From Faecalibaculum rodentium (lineage in GTDB: Bacteria > Bacillota_I > Bacilli_A > Erysipelotrichales > Erysipelotrichaceae), in assembly GCF_001564455.1 (NCBI RefSeq), contig NZ_CP011391.1, forward strand, positions 1,560,001 to 1,592,000: a DNA stretch of 32,000 nt. The letters run 5' to 3'. A program made the position numbers and the translations under genes. The stretch's first letter is position 1. Each line of letters opens with the position of its first letter. Shown here in pieces: positions 8,372 to 16,604 of the stretch. A model generated the notes under the pieces. The model was given only the letters and a program-made list of their open reading frames with translations. It ran no database searches and was not told where the DNA came from.

Positions 8372-9214
8372 TCACTTCACCTCAATGGAATATCCAGTGG
8401 TCCAGGTATCACCGGGTTTCAGCATCATGGTGCCTTCCCGCCTTTCAAAGGGAACATCCAGTTTTTCCAGATCGGCGTGCCCGTACCAGGGTTCGATGCA
8501 GACAAATTCGCTGTCCTGCGGATGTGTCCAGACCGCCAGGTACGGAAACCCCGGAAACTTCACGGTCACCACAGCCCGGCCATCCTGTGACAGCGTCACC
8601 TGGTCTGCCCGGAACTCCTTCCAGATGAGTGTCCGTTCCCGTCGTATGAGTTCTCTGTCCAGCTGCAGGGTGTCCAGCTGCACGGATTCATATTCGACAG
8701 GCCGTCCGTCCTCAAAGGTGTGAAACATCACGGCCTGTCCCGCAGGCTCGAACTTCAGTTCGCAGTTCTCAAACGGATCCGTCGCAAATGCCGGATGAAG
8801 TCCCAGGGTGAAGGGCATCTCTTCGTCGCCCGTGTTTTCGATCCGGTAGCCGATTTTCACTTCCCTGCCCTCCAGACGGTATTCGATCGTGAACCGGAAC
8901 GAAAAGGGATACTGTGCCCGCGTCTTTTCGTCATCCGAAAAGCTGAAAGCCAGAACATTCCCATCCCGGCTGCCTTCCATGACAGCATACCGGGCCAGAC
9001 CATGGTTCTTCATGGCATACTCCTGGCCGTCAATGGTGTAGCTGCCGCTCCAGGTGCTGCCAATGACGGGAAACAGGCTCGGATTCTGGTCCTTCCAGCC
9101 CTGGTCTCCCTGGTACAGGATTTCCTGTCCATTGGCTTTGTTCACCAGAGACTGCATCTGTGCCCCCTTCGGGGTGCACACAAGTTTCAGGTGCTCATTT
9201 TCCAGTGCAAACAT
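8372..9214 (-). CDS. Aldose 1-epimerase (galactose mutarotase-like, LacX-type) family protein
   Basis: 280 aa. ...NPSLFPVIGS...YAMKNHGLAR...YPFSFRFTIEYRLEG...EEMPFTLGLHPAF... matches the short bacterial aldose-epimerase family pattern. Its start abuts the upstream stop (TGAATG). Confidence 0.8.
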   Translation of the reverse strand: MFALENEHLKLVCTPKGAQMQSLVNKANGQEILYQGDQGWKDQNPSLFPVIGSTWSGSYTIDGQEYAMKNHGLARYAVMEGSRDGNVLAFSFSDDEKTRAQYPFSFRFTIEYRLEGREVKIGYRIENTGDEEMPFTLGLHPAFATDPFENCELKFEPAGQAVMFHTFEDGRPVEYESVQLDTLQLDRELIRRERTLIWKEFRADQVTLSQDGRAVVTVKFPGFPYLAVWTHPQDSEFVCIEPWYGHADLEKLDVPFERREGTMMLKPGDTWTTGYSIEVK

Positions 9215-10108
9215 TCACATTGCCTCTTTTCTGTCAGATGTCCTGTCCGGATCCAGAAACGCCCGGATTTCCCCCAGACGCTCCAGCGTCTCAGCATAGC
9301 CCAGCTTGAACCAGGCATCCAGTTTTTCGCGGTCAGTGGTATAGCGGGTGATTCCGTAATCCTGGTGTGGGCGCAGAACCAGCGCCTTTCCCTCCTTCTC
9401 GAGATCATGGATGATCTGCCATTGCTCCTCATAATGGATGTGACGGTTCCGGAAGTCCTCCGTGATCTGCCGGTCATGATACACCAGCCGGGCTCCCATC
9501 AGCTGCCACCAGGGCGCCTTTTTTCGGCGGTAGCCCTCTTCCTTGGTGGACACCACGATCACCTTTTCGCAGCCGGCCTTCAGGGCCTGCGAGACGGGGA
9601 TCATGTCTGTGAGCCCTGCATCGATCACCGTGTTGCCGTCAAACTGCTTCGGCTTTGACAGCAGCAGCAGGCTGCAGCTGGCAATCAGCAGATCATCAGA
9701 GGCATCCACGTACTCCTTGCCGTAGTACCGGGTCTTCCGGGTTTTCATGTCGTATACCCCGATATCCAGCTGGGTCGGGGAAGAAAAAAACGTCTCGTAG
9801 TCCAGCGGCATTTTTTCCTGGATGAACTGTGCCGTTTTCTCCAGCGCGAACAGACTTCCCTCTTCCATGATGGGCTTCAGGCCGATCAGGCCCTTCTGAC
9901 TCGCGGCATCCACGCCGGTAAGCCGCAGACGGCCCGGCTGCCTGGAAACATAGGGAAGCAGCATCATGGCACCGGCAGAAATTCCCACACAATAGGGGAT
10001 GTCGATCCCCTGTTCCAGAAAGCACTGCAGGACACCGCCGGTATACGCGATCTTGGTGCCGCCGCCTTCCACCACCAGTCCGGTTTTCACCCGCCGGTCC
10101 TCACGCAT
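9215..10108 (-). CDS. Patatin-like phospholipase family protein
   Basis: GLVVEGGGTKIAYTGGVL oxyanion-hole motif and the GISAG nucleophile elbow. I chose the start MREDRRVKTG at 10108, where ATGCGTGA overlaps the malic enzyme stop. The track's 10171 start adds a non-homologous extension. Confidence 0.85.
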   Translation of the reverse strand: MREDRRVKTGLVVEGGGTKIAYTGGVLQCFLEQGIDIPYCVGISAGAMMLLPYVSRQPGRLRLTGVDAASQKGLIGLKPIMEEGSLFALEKTAQFIQEKMPLDYETFFSSPTQLDIGVYDMKTRKTRYYGKEYVDASDDLLIASCSLLLLSKPKQFDGNTVIDAGLTDMIPVSQALKAGCEKVIVVSTKEEGYRRKKAPWWQLMGARLVYHDRQITEDFRNRHIHYEEQWQIIHDLEKEGKALVLRPHQDYGITRYTTDREKLDAWFKLGYAETLERLGEIRAFLDPDRTSDRKEAM

Positions 10109-11267
10109 GACGCACCACACCGCTCTGGACGGCAGCCTGCGCCACAGCCCGGGCAACCCGGTCCGCCACACCCGGTGTCAGCGCACTGACGATGATGTGA
10201 TCCGGCCGAAGGTCCTCTTCCGGAATGCAGGAGGATATCGCGCTCACCGCCGCCTGTTTCATGGCGTCGTTGATTTCCGTTGCCCCGGCATCCAGGGCTC
10301 CCTTGAAGATTCCCGGAAATGCCAGCAGGTTGTTGATCTGGTTGGGATGATCGCTCCGTCCCGTGCCGATGATGTATGCACCCGCCGCAGCTGCATCCTC
10401 CGGCTCGATCTCCGGCGTGGGATTGGCCATGGCAAACACGATGGGTTTCTCATTCATGGACCGGATCATGTCCTGAGACACGATGTGTCCGGCGGATACA
10501 CCGATCAGGACATCGGCACCTGCCAGCGCATCCTGCAGGGTCCCGGTCCGGCCCGAGGGGTTGAGCCTGTCGATCAGGGCGCGCTGCCCGCTGGTCAGCT
10601 CCATGTCCGGTGTCAGGATCCCCTGCCGGTCCACCAGAATGACATCTTTCTGTCCCCTGTCCAGAAGCAGCCTGGCAATGGCACATCCCGCACTCCCGGC
10701 ACCATTGATGACGATCCGCGGGTTCTCTTTTTTCGCCAGCTTCAGGGCATTTTCCAGCGCGGCAGACACCACAATAGCCGTGCCGTGCTGGTCATCATGG
10801 AATACCGGAATGTCCAGCTGTTCCTTCAGGCGCCGCTCCACTTCAAAACACCTCGGTGCCGCGATGTCCTCCAGGTTGATGCCGCCAAAGGACGGTGCCA
10901 GGGCGGAAATCACATCCACCAGCCGGTCTGTATCCTGGGTGTCCAGCACCAGCGGGACGGCGTCCAGGCCGGAGAGAGCCTTGAACAGCACGCATTTTCC
11001 CTCCATCACCGGCATCCCGGCTTCCGGGCCGATGTTGCCAAGCCCCAGCACCGCCGAACCGTCGGAGATCACCGCAATGGTGTGACCCCGGCCGGTGTAG
11101 ACATAACTCAGGGAAGGATCCCGGGCAATCTCCAGACAGGGCGCTGCCACACCCGGTGTATAGGCTATGGAGAGATCGTCGGCTGTTTCAATGGGCATCT
11201 TGTTCACTGTTTCCAGCTTGCCCTGCCACTCCCTGTGTTTTTTCAGCGCCTCGCTCGCTGCATCCAT
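10101..11267 (-). CDS. NAD(P)-dependent malic enzyme (short, MaeB N-domain type)
   Basis: 388 aa. ...LSIAYTPGVA...AVISDGSAVLGLGNIGPEAGMPVMEGKCVLFK...GINLEDIAAPRCFEVE...VFHDDQHGTAIV... are classic malic-enzyme blocks. Confidence 0.9.
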   Translation of the reverse strand: MDAASEALKKHREWQGKLETVNKMPIETADDLSIAYTPGVAAPCLEIARDPSLSYVYTGRGHTIAVISDGSAVLGLGNIGPEAGMPVMEGKCVLFKALSGLDAVPLVLDTQDTDRLVDVISALAPSFGGINLEDIAAPRCFEVERRLKEQLDIPVFHDDQHGTAIVVSAALENALKLAKKENPRIVINGAGSAGCAIARLLLDRGQKDVILVDRQGILTPDMELTSGQRALIDRLNPSGRTGTLQDALAGADVLIGVSAGHIVSQDMIRSMNEKPIVFAMANPTPEIEPEDAAAAGAYIIGTGRSDHPNQINNLLAFPGIFKGALDAGATEINDAMKQAAVSAISSCIPEEDLRPDHIIVSALTPGVADRVARAVAQAAVQSGVVRHA

Positions 11268-12475
11268 CAGTTGTCCCTTCCTTTCATGAGTGTCTTCACG
11301 ATGTTCTTCATCGTTTCCATTTTCTGCACACTGGCGAACTCATACCGCCCGTGATGATTCCAGCTGCCGGTGCCCAGGTTGGGCGTAAACAGGCCCTTTG
11401 CGCTGAGCATCGCACCGTCGGTCCCGCCTCTGACCGGAACGCTCTCCGGTTTCAGTCCCTGTGCGGCCACAGCTTCCCGGGCCTCCCGCACGGCTTCCGG
11501 TTCCCCGTTCTGCGTGACAGGCGCGAATCTGGCCATGTTCAGGTACTGGTCATGGATCCGCAGATCCAGACAGCCCGGATGCTTCGTTTCAAAGCGGGAA
11601 ACCAGGTCCTGCACGAACGCCTTGCGTTCTTCGAACTTCTCTGTATCGTGATCCCGGATGATCCAGATGGCATGGGCTTCCTCGACGGTTCCGGCAAGCT
11701 CCGTCAGATGCCAGAATCCCTGGCGGCCTTCTGTCTCGGCCGGTGTTTCGTCAGCCGCAAACGCAGCGGCAATGTCCGCGGCGATCTGGACTGCGTTGAC
11801 CATTTTTCCCTTTGCTTCCCCGGGATGGATGGCCACACCATGCACCGTCAGATCCGCACAGGCTGCATTGAAGGTTTCCCAGTCCACCTGGTTCACCGCA
11901 TCCCCGTCCACAGTCCAGGCCCACGCGACGGGAAACTGTTCCAGGTCGAAATGATCAGCGCCGCGTCCGATTTCCTCATCCGTCGTGAAAGCCGCATACA
12001 GTTCCCGGTGGTCTTCCTGGCGGATTTCGTCCAGCGCCTGCATGATCGCCGCCACACCGGCTTTGTCATCTCCGCCCAGCAGTGTCGTGCCATCCGTAAC
12101 GATCAGGTCATCGCCGATGACCTGCGACAGGGCCGGAAACTCCGACGGTGCCATCGAGACTGTGTCGTTCAGCCGGATGATTCCTCCGTCATACGACGGA
12201 ATGATCCGGGGTCTGACATTGCGTCCTGTCAGCTCCTCGGCAGTATCCATATGCGCCAGAAACCCCACAGGCTCCCCCCGGCCGGGCCCTGTGGCCGGCA
12301 GATGGGCATAGACCACACCATTGCCGCAGGTATGTTCGATCCCCAGTTCAGCCAGTTCCCGTTTCAGGATCTGCGCCAGTTCACACTGCCCCGGGGTACT
12401 GGGAACCGTATCGCTGGTGTGGTCGGATTGTGTATCCACACCCACATACCGCAGGAACCGGTCTGTCAGGCTCAT
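11267..12475 (-). CDS. pepT: Peptidase T (tripeptide aminopeptidase, M20B)
   Basis: 402 aa. MSLTDRFLRYVGVDTQSD...GFLAHMDTA...LIVTDGTTLLGGDDKAGVAAIM... is the PepT pattern. Its stop overlaps the malic enzyme start by 1 nt (TGATG). Confidence 0.9.
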   Translation of the reverse strand: MSLTDRFLRYVGVDTQSDHTSDTVPSTPGQCELAQILKRELAELGIEHTCGNGVVYAHLPATGPGRGEPVGFLAHMDTAEELTGRNVRPRIIPSYDGGIIRLNDTVSMAPSEFPALSQVIGDDLIVTDGTTLLGGDDKAGVAAIMQALDEIRQEDHRELYAAFTTDEEIGRGADHFDLEQFPVAWAWTVDGDAVNQVDWETFNAACADLTVHGVAIHPGEAKGKMVNAVQIAADIAAAFAADETPAETEGRQGFWHLTELAGTVEEAHAIWIIRDHDTEKFEERKAFVQDLVSRFETKHPGCLDLRIHDQYLNMARFAPVTQNGEPEAVREAREAVAAQGLKPESVPVRGGTDGAMLSAKGLFTPNLGTGSWNHHGRYEFASVQKMETMKNIVKTLMKGRDN

Positions 12476-14070
12476 TCGAGCTCCCTCGCCAGACCCGGCA
12501 CGATCTGCTTTTTCCGGGACACGAATCCCTGGTCTTCAAAGCGGTCCAGCACCGGACGCATCCGTGCGGCCTCCGGACCCGCTGCCAGGAACCTGGACCC
12601 GCGTCCTTCCACATTGGTGAAGGTCATGAGGAAAAGATCCAGGCGCCGCGACTTGGCCTCCTGCCGCATATAGTCCAGGAGTTCATCGCGGATCGCCGGG
12701 ATGTCATCATAGTTGAAGACAAAGGTCTGGGAGATCGCCACTTTGTGCCCGCCGATGTTGAATTCCTTGGAATCCGTGCCTGTCAGCTGCTGCACGGTCT
12801 TTCCCTTGATGGATGCCGTGTTCGCAAACAGCTCCTCCGCCATGGCATTGATGTCAAAGCCGTACTCCGTGGCAATTCTCTCCGCCAGCATCCGGTCCAC
12901 CGGTGTGCAGGTGGGAGAATTGAAGTTCATCGTGTCGGAGATCATGGCGTAGATCACAAGCTTCGCGATATTTTCCGGCATCTTCAGGCCGTATTCCTGC
13001 CACATCAGGCCCACGATCGTGCAGGATGACCCCACGATCATGTTCCGGAACTGGATGGGCTTGTTGGTGGTGATGTCACCGATCCGGTGGTGGTCCACGA
13101 TTTCGATGATCTCTCCCTTGTCAATGTCGTTGATGGTCTGCTTCTTCTCATTGTGGTCCACCAGGATGAACCGCTTGGGCGTGCTCTTCAGCAGGTGGTA
13201 CCTGGCCACCGACCCGGTGATCCGTCCCTGAGACACCACGGGATAGCTGGAATGACGGGTCTTGAGCATCTCGCGCTCCACGTCCTCCAGAAACTCATCC
13301 CGGGAAAACTGGACCATGTCCGAAGCCGGCAGCATGATGCTTTCGATGGGGATCGAGCGGTACACCATCTGCACGATCTTCATCAGGTTGTACGGCGTGG
13401 TGATCAGCGTGACTCCCATGTTGCGGGCCATGTCAATGATGTAGTCATTGGGAACAAAGTTTTCCGCAATGAGGATCATCGCCGCACCCTTGGCCATGGA
13501 CTTGATCATGGAATCCTCATGGTCGTTGAGCACCATGATCGCACCCTCCAGATTGCGGTCCATCATCTTCTTGTCGGCAATGCGCACTTCTCCCGACAGG
13601 GGTCTCGTGCCCTCCAGCAGGATCGTTCCGCGCAGTGCTGCCCGGAAGTTTTCCACCGGTGTGACCTTGAGCAGGTCCCGCGTGATGTTCAGGTCCTGCA
13701 TCTGGATCTTGGAGATGTCCCCCAGTGTGACCAGACCGCTGTAGTTGCCTTCCGAGTCAGTGGCATACAGCGTCTTGGCGTCATTCTCGATCAGCAGGTC
13801 CCACCCGCGCCGCAGGGTCGCGCCCTTGTCCACGGTCACCGCCTGGTCGATTTCGATTTCCGCCAGCGTGCTTTTGGCGGTGTTGATGTGCAGAGGCGGT
13901 TCCATGCCTGCCTTCTCCAGAACGAATTTCGTTTCAGGATTGACATGACCGATCCGCGCTGCCACGGCATTCTGTCCCAGCTGGCGCTTCAGTTCCGCCA
14001 GGGACAGAGCCGCACAGATGGAATCTGTATCCGGATTCTTGTGTCCGATGACATAAATGGGCTGTTCCAT
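12472..14070 (-). CDS. CBS-domain-containing family II (DHH/DHHA2) inorganic pyrophosphatase
   Basis: MEQPIYVIGHKNPDTDSICAA (DHH N-terminus), an inserted CBS/DRTGG-like region, then LVDHNE and VDHHRIGD motifs and a DHHA2-like C-terminus. The start at 14070 has AAGAGGAG 5 nt upstream; the track start at 14088 lies inside that SD. Confidence 0.85.
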   Translation of the reverse strand: MEQPIYVIGHKNPDTDSICAALSLAELKRQLGQNAVAARIGHVNPETKFVLEKAGMEPPLHINTAKSTLAEIEIDQAVTVDKGATLRRGWDLLIENDAKTLYATDSEGNYSGLVTLGDISKIQMQDLNITRDLLKVTPVENFRAALRGTILLEGTRPLSGEVRIADKKMMDRNLEGAIMVLNDHEDSMIKSMAKGAAMILIAENFVPNDYIIDMARNMGVTLITTPYNLMKIVQMVYRSIPIESIMLPASDMVQFSRDEFLEDVEREMLKTRHSSYPVVSQGRITGSVARYHLLKSTPKRFILVDHNEKKQTINDIDKGEIIEIVDHHRIGDITTNKPIQFRNMIVGSSCTIVGLMWQEYGLKMPENIAKLVIYAMISDTMNFNSPTCTPVDRMLAERIATEYGFDINAMAEELFANTASIKGKTVQQLTGTDSKEFNIGGHKVAISQTFVFNYDDIPAIRDELLDYMRQEAKSRRLDLFLMTFTNVEGRGSRFLAAGPEAARMRPVLDRFEDQGFVSRKKQIVPGLARELE

Positions 14071-14105
14071 ACATGCTCCTCTTTTCAAAGTTTCAGTCTG
14101 CTTTC

Positions 14106-14134
14106 ATGATAGCAGTCCACCGGGTATCCGGCAA
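14106..14134 (-). promoter_or_regulatory. Candidate sigma-A promoter of the seven-gene operon
   Basis: On the minus strand: TTGCCG (14134-14129), 17 nt spacer, TATCAT (14111-14106). It lies between the hup terminator and the pyrophosphatase SD. Confidence 0.35.
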
Positions 14135-14166
14135 TTGCGCAAAACAGGGCCTTCGCCTCACAGCAA

Positions 14167-14198
14167 AACAAAAAAGGAGAGCCTGCCGGTCCCCCCTT
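14167..14198 (-). terminator. Probable rho-independent terminator of hup
   Basis: RNA AAAGGGGGGACCGGCAGGCUCUCCUUUUUUGUUUU. GGGGA/UCUCC (one G-U pair) plus an inner CC/GG around GGCA, followed by U6GU4. Confidence 0.55.
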
Positions 14199-14211
14199 TG
14201 AATGACTCTGA

Positions 14212-14499
14212 TTACTGCAGTGCGTCCTTGAGCGCCTTGGCAGGCTTGAACTTGACCGCCTTCGTGGCCGCGATCTCGATTTTCTCCCGCGTTGCCGGGT
14301 TGATCCCTGAACGGGCCGCACGCTCGGTCACCGTAAACTTGCCGAAACCGAACATATCCACTGTCCCACCATCCTTCAGTGTATTCGTGAAGGCATCCAG
14401 CATGACATTGACAGCCTCCGCCGCCTGTGTCTTGTTCAGCTCCAGTCCGGCTTCTGCCAGCAGATCCGCCAGATCCTTTTTCGTCAGTGTCTTTTCCAT
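14212..14499 (-). CDS. hup: DNA-binding protein HU
   Basis: 95 aa. MEKTLTKKDLADLLAEAGLELNKTQAAEAVNVMLDAFTNTLKDGGTVDMFGFGKFTVTERAARSGINPATREKIEIAATKAVKFKPAKALKDALQ. GGAGGA SD upstream of the ATG at 14499. The 153-aa track ORF is an upstream read-on. Confidence 0.92.
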   Translation of the reverse strand: MEKTLTKKDLADLLAEAGLELNKTQAAEAVNVMLDAFTNTLKDGGTVDMFGFGKFTVTERAARSGINPATREKIEIAATKAVKFKPAKALKDALQ

Positions 14500-14524
14500 A
14501 TGCAATCCTCCTGCAGACCGCAAC

Positions 14525-14553
14525 ATCGTAACAGAAAACACAGGCAGTGTAAA
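14525..14553 (-). promoter_or_regulatory. Candidate hup promoter
   Basis: On the minus strand: TTTACA (14553-14548), 17 nt spacer, TACGAT (14530-14525), about 25 nt upstream of the hup ATG. Confidence 0.35.
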
Positions 14554-14657
14554 ACCGGCGGCAATCAGCGGATGACATGCAGGCAGGTCAGGTGACAGAC
14601 ACCGGAAAAACAGCGGATGCCGGCAGGGTGGACAGAGGGACGAAGGCCCGGGCACAC

Positions 14658-14719
14658 ATCGAGTAGGTGTCATCTGACCCTCTCACACCACCCAGCGTGC
14701 CGTTCGGCACTGGGCGGTT
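14658..14719 (-). ncRNA. Intron domains V and VI (catalytic hairpin and branch-site hairpin)
   Basis: D5-like 34-mer at 14719-14686: AACCGCCCA-GUGCC-GAAC-GGCAC-GC-UGGGUGGUG, i.e. 9 bp, 5 bp, a tetraloop and a 2-nt 3' bulge. D6-like helix at 14684-14661 has a bulged A at 14664, 7 nt from the 3' end (A-CUCG-AU). Triad identity and loop (GAAC, not GNRA) are atypical, so this is moderate confidence. Confidence 0.55.
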
Positions 14720-16032
14720 CGTACAAATGTTTTCATGAACCTTACTGCCACCGTATCGAAGTATTCCTCCATGGATAGAAGGCCTTTCTTTTTCAGGTGT
14801 ATATTTCTGATATACTTGTTCAGGAATGTGATTGCACAACGGACATATCCCTGTCGTGCACACGCATATGAGTGAGCCTTGTCTCTGGGACATCCCAGTT
14901 TGATGAGGCTCTCTTCTTTTTTCCTGATGCTTTTCCACTGCTTCCAGATGATGGCCCTGATTCTTCTCCGGAGCTTGCTGTCCAGTTTGCGCACCGTTTC
15001 TTTATACAGCCATGCACACCTGAAATAATTGCTCCATCCCCTGATGACCTGATTGATTTTTTCAATCCTCTCCTCAAGAGATACGCTCCAGTTCCGTTTT
15101 GTCAGCTTCATTATCTTCTGCTCGAACTCATGAATGGACTTCTCATGCGGTATCGCCTTCCATTCCCTTTTGTTCCTTTTGAAGCCAAACCCCAGATATT
15201 TCACTTCATCCGGTCTGGCCACTTTCGATTTTGAAGCATTCACTTCCAGCTTCAGCTTCTTTTCAAGATAGTTGCTGAATGACTTCATCACTCTGTTGGC
15301 GGCGGCTTCCGATTTCACATAGATGAGCATATCGTCTGCGTATCTCGTGAATCTCAGCCCTCTGCTTTCCAGTTCCTTGTCTGCCTGGTCCAGATAGATG
15401 TTGGCCAGTACCGGCGAAAGCGGCCCTCCCTGCGGGATGCCTCTTTCTGTCCTGACAAGCCTTCCGTCTATCATGACTCCCGCTCTGACGAACTTCCTTG
15501 TCAGCGACGTGACGTCCCTGTTATGGAACAGGTTGTCTATCAGTCGTATCAGTCTGTCCTGGTCCACCGTGTCGAAGAATTTCCTCAGGTCGATGTCGAC
15601 GATCCAGTCATACCCGTCGTTCATGAACTCAAGGCCTTTCAGTATCGCCTGTTCACATCTCCTGTTCTTCCTGAACCCGTATGAGCTGTTGCTCATCTCG
15701 AAGTCCTTCCTGTAATCCAGATAGTTTGCCAGACAGGCCTGTATGACTCTATCTCTGGCAGCCGGGACATTGAGCCCCCGCAGGCTCCCATCCGGTTTCG
15801 GGATATCGGTCCTTTTGGCTGGCAGTGGTTTATAACTGCGGCCCAGTATCTGTTCCCGCAGTCGCTCCCAATACTCTCCGGGGCAGGCAGGAAGTTCTCT
15901 GGCTTTGACTCCATCTACCCCTGCAGCTCCATTGTTTCGCCGTACCTGTCTGCACGCATTGGTCAGGTTCTCCATGGAGAAGATTTCCTGTGTGCTCAGG
16001 TCTTCCGGCTGTATCAGTCTGGTCTGGTTCAT
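14683..16032 (-). CDS. Group II intron reverse transcriptase/maturase (no endonuclease domain)
   Basis: 449 aa. RT blocks (GVDGV, RGLNVPAARDRVIQ, VDIDLRKFFDTV, GIPQGGPLSPVLANIYL, RYADDMLIYV) and maturase/X domain (VIRGWSNYFR). There is no HNH/En tail. AAGGAG SD upstream. The last codons read through intron domain V. Confidence 0.93.
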   Translation of the reverse strand: MNQTRLIQPEDLSTQEIFSMENLTNACRQVRRNNGAAGVDGVKARELPACPGEYWERLREQILGRSYKPLPAKRTDIPKPDGSLRGLNVPAARDRVIQACLANYLDYRKDFEMSNSSYGFRKNRRCEQAILKGLEFMNDGYDWIVDIDLRKFFDTVDQDRLIRLIDNLFHNRDVTSLTRKFVRAGVMIDGRLVRTERGIPQGGPLSPVLANIYLDQADKELESRGLRFTRYADDMLIYVKSEAAANRVMKSFSNYLEKKLKLEVNASKSKVARPDEVKYLGFGFKRNKREWKAIPHEKSIHEFEQKIMKLTKRNWSVSLEERIEKINQVIRGWSNYFRCAWLYKETVRKLDSKLRRRIRAIIWKQWKSIRKKEESLIKLGCPRDKAHSYACARQGYVRCAITFLNKYIRNIHLKKKGLLSMEEYFDTVAVRFMKTFVRTAQCRTARWVV

Positions 16033-16567
16033 GGCTGCTCCTTTCTTTCACGTGTTCCTGCACTGCCCTTCCTTACTCATCTTCAGGGGCTCTCTGGGTT
16101 TGTCCTTTATCGGTTTGTTGTGCAGGACGCATTCCTGATATTTGCAGTAAATTGTACGTTCGGCCCTTCACTCCATCCCCATTACAGGGACTTCTTCGCT
16201 ACTATGGCCTCGGCTGACTTCCTGCCATTCGTTATTACTGCGGGAAGGGGGTCATCATGGTTTGATGATTCCTCTCGCTGGCAGGACCTCCCCGGGTAAG
16301 GTCATACATCTTTCATTCCATATACCTGCCGCATTTACCCCAGACAGTCATCCGCAACTATTACGACTTTGCGCTGTTTCGCACGCTCGTCTCCGTCTGT
16401 GGCCTTATATGCGGTTCGTGTTCCTCAGGCCGGAACTTTGCCGCCGGGCTTCTTTCAGAACTCCTGTTACCAGTGAGCCCCTTGCCTTGAGCTAATGGTT
16501 AGCGGTTGCGATGATACGCTCCCATAGTGGACTTTCACCACCTGGATGTATGCCATGCCGGGCACAC

Positions 16568-16592
16568 GAAGAAAACCCGCCTGCCGGCGGGT
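16568..16592 (-). terminator. Rho-independent terminator of tRNA-Thr, also the intron target motif
   Basis: RNA ACCCGCC-GGCA-GGCGGGU followed by UUUUCUUC. The intron 5' end begins immediately after this U-rich tail. Confidence 0.8.
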
Positions 16593-16604
16593 GGATGATC
16601 TGAA

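Larger units (their letters stand above)
14658..16567 (-). mobile_element. Full-length group II intron (about 1910 nt), class C-like by insertion context
   Basis: The 5' end GUGUGCCCGGCAUGG (GUGYG consensus) starts at 16567, 8 nt after a terminator stem. About 535 nt of structured 5' RNA follows (GGUGAAAGUCC, CUGGUAACAG and similar). The RT/maturase ORF sits in the domain IV position. D5- and D6-like hairpins follow, and the proposed 3' end is ...CUCGAU at 14658. Confidence 0.8.

Noticed and set aside
9215-10108. Patatin-like phospholipase as a CBASS-type (CapV-like) defence effector
   Set aside because: No cyclase/nucleotidyltransferase, E1/E2/JAB or other CBASS partner is adjacent. The gene is translationally coupled to housekeeping malic enzyme and a sugar epimerase-like gene.
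14683-16032. Reverse transcriptase as a retron, DGR, Abi/DRT defence RT or CRISPR-associated RT
   Set aside because: The ORF carries the maturase X domain (RGWSNYFR). It is embedded in RNA with a GUGYG 5' end and D5/D6-like hairpins. There is no msr/msd-like repeat pair, no template/variable repeat pair, no cas genes and no effector neighbour.
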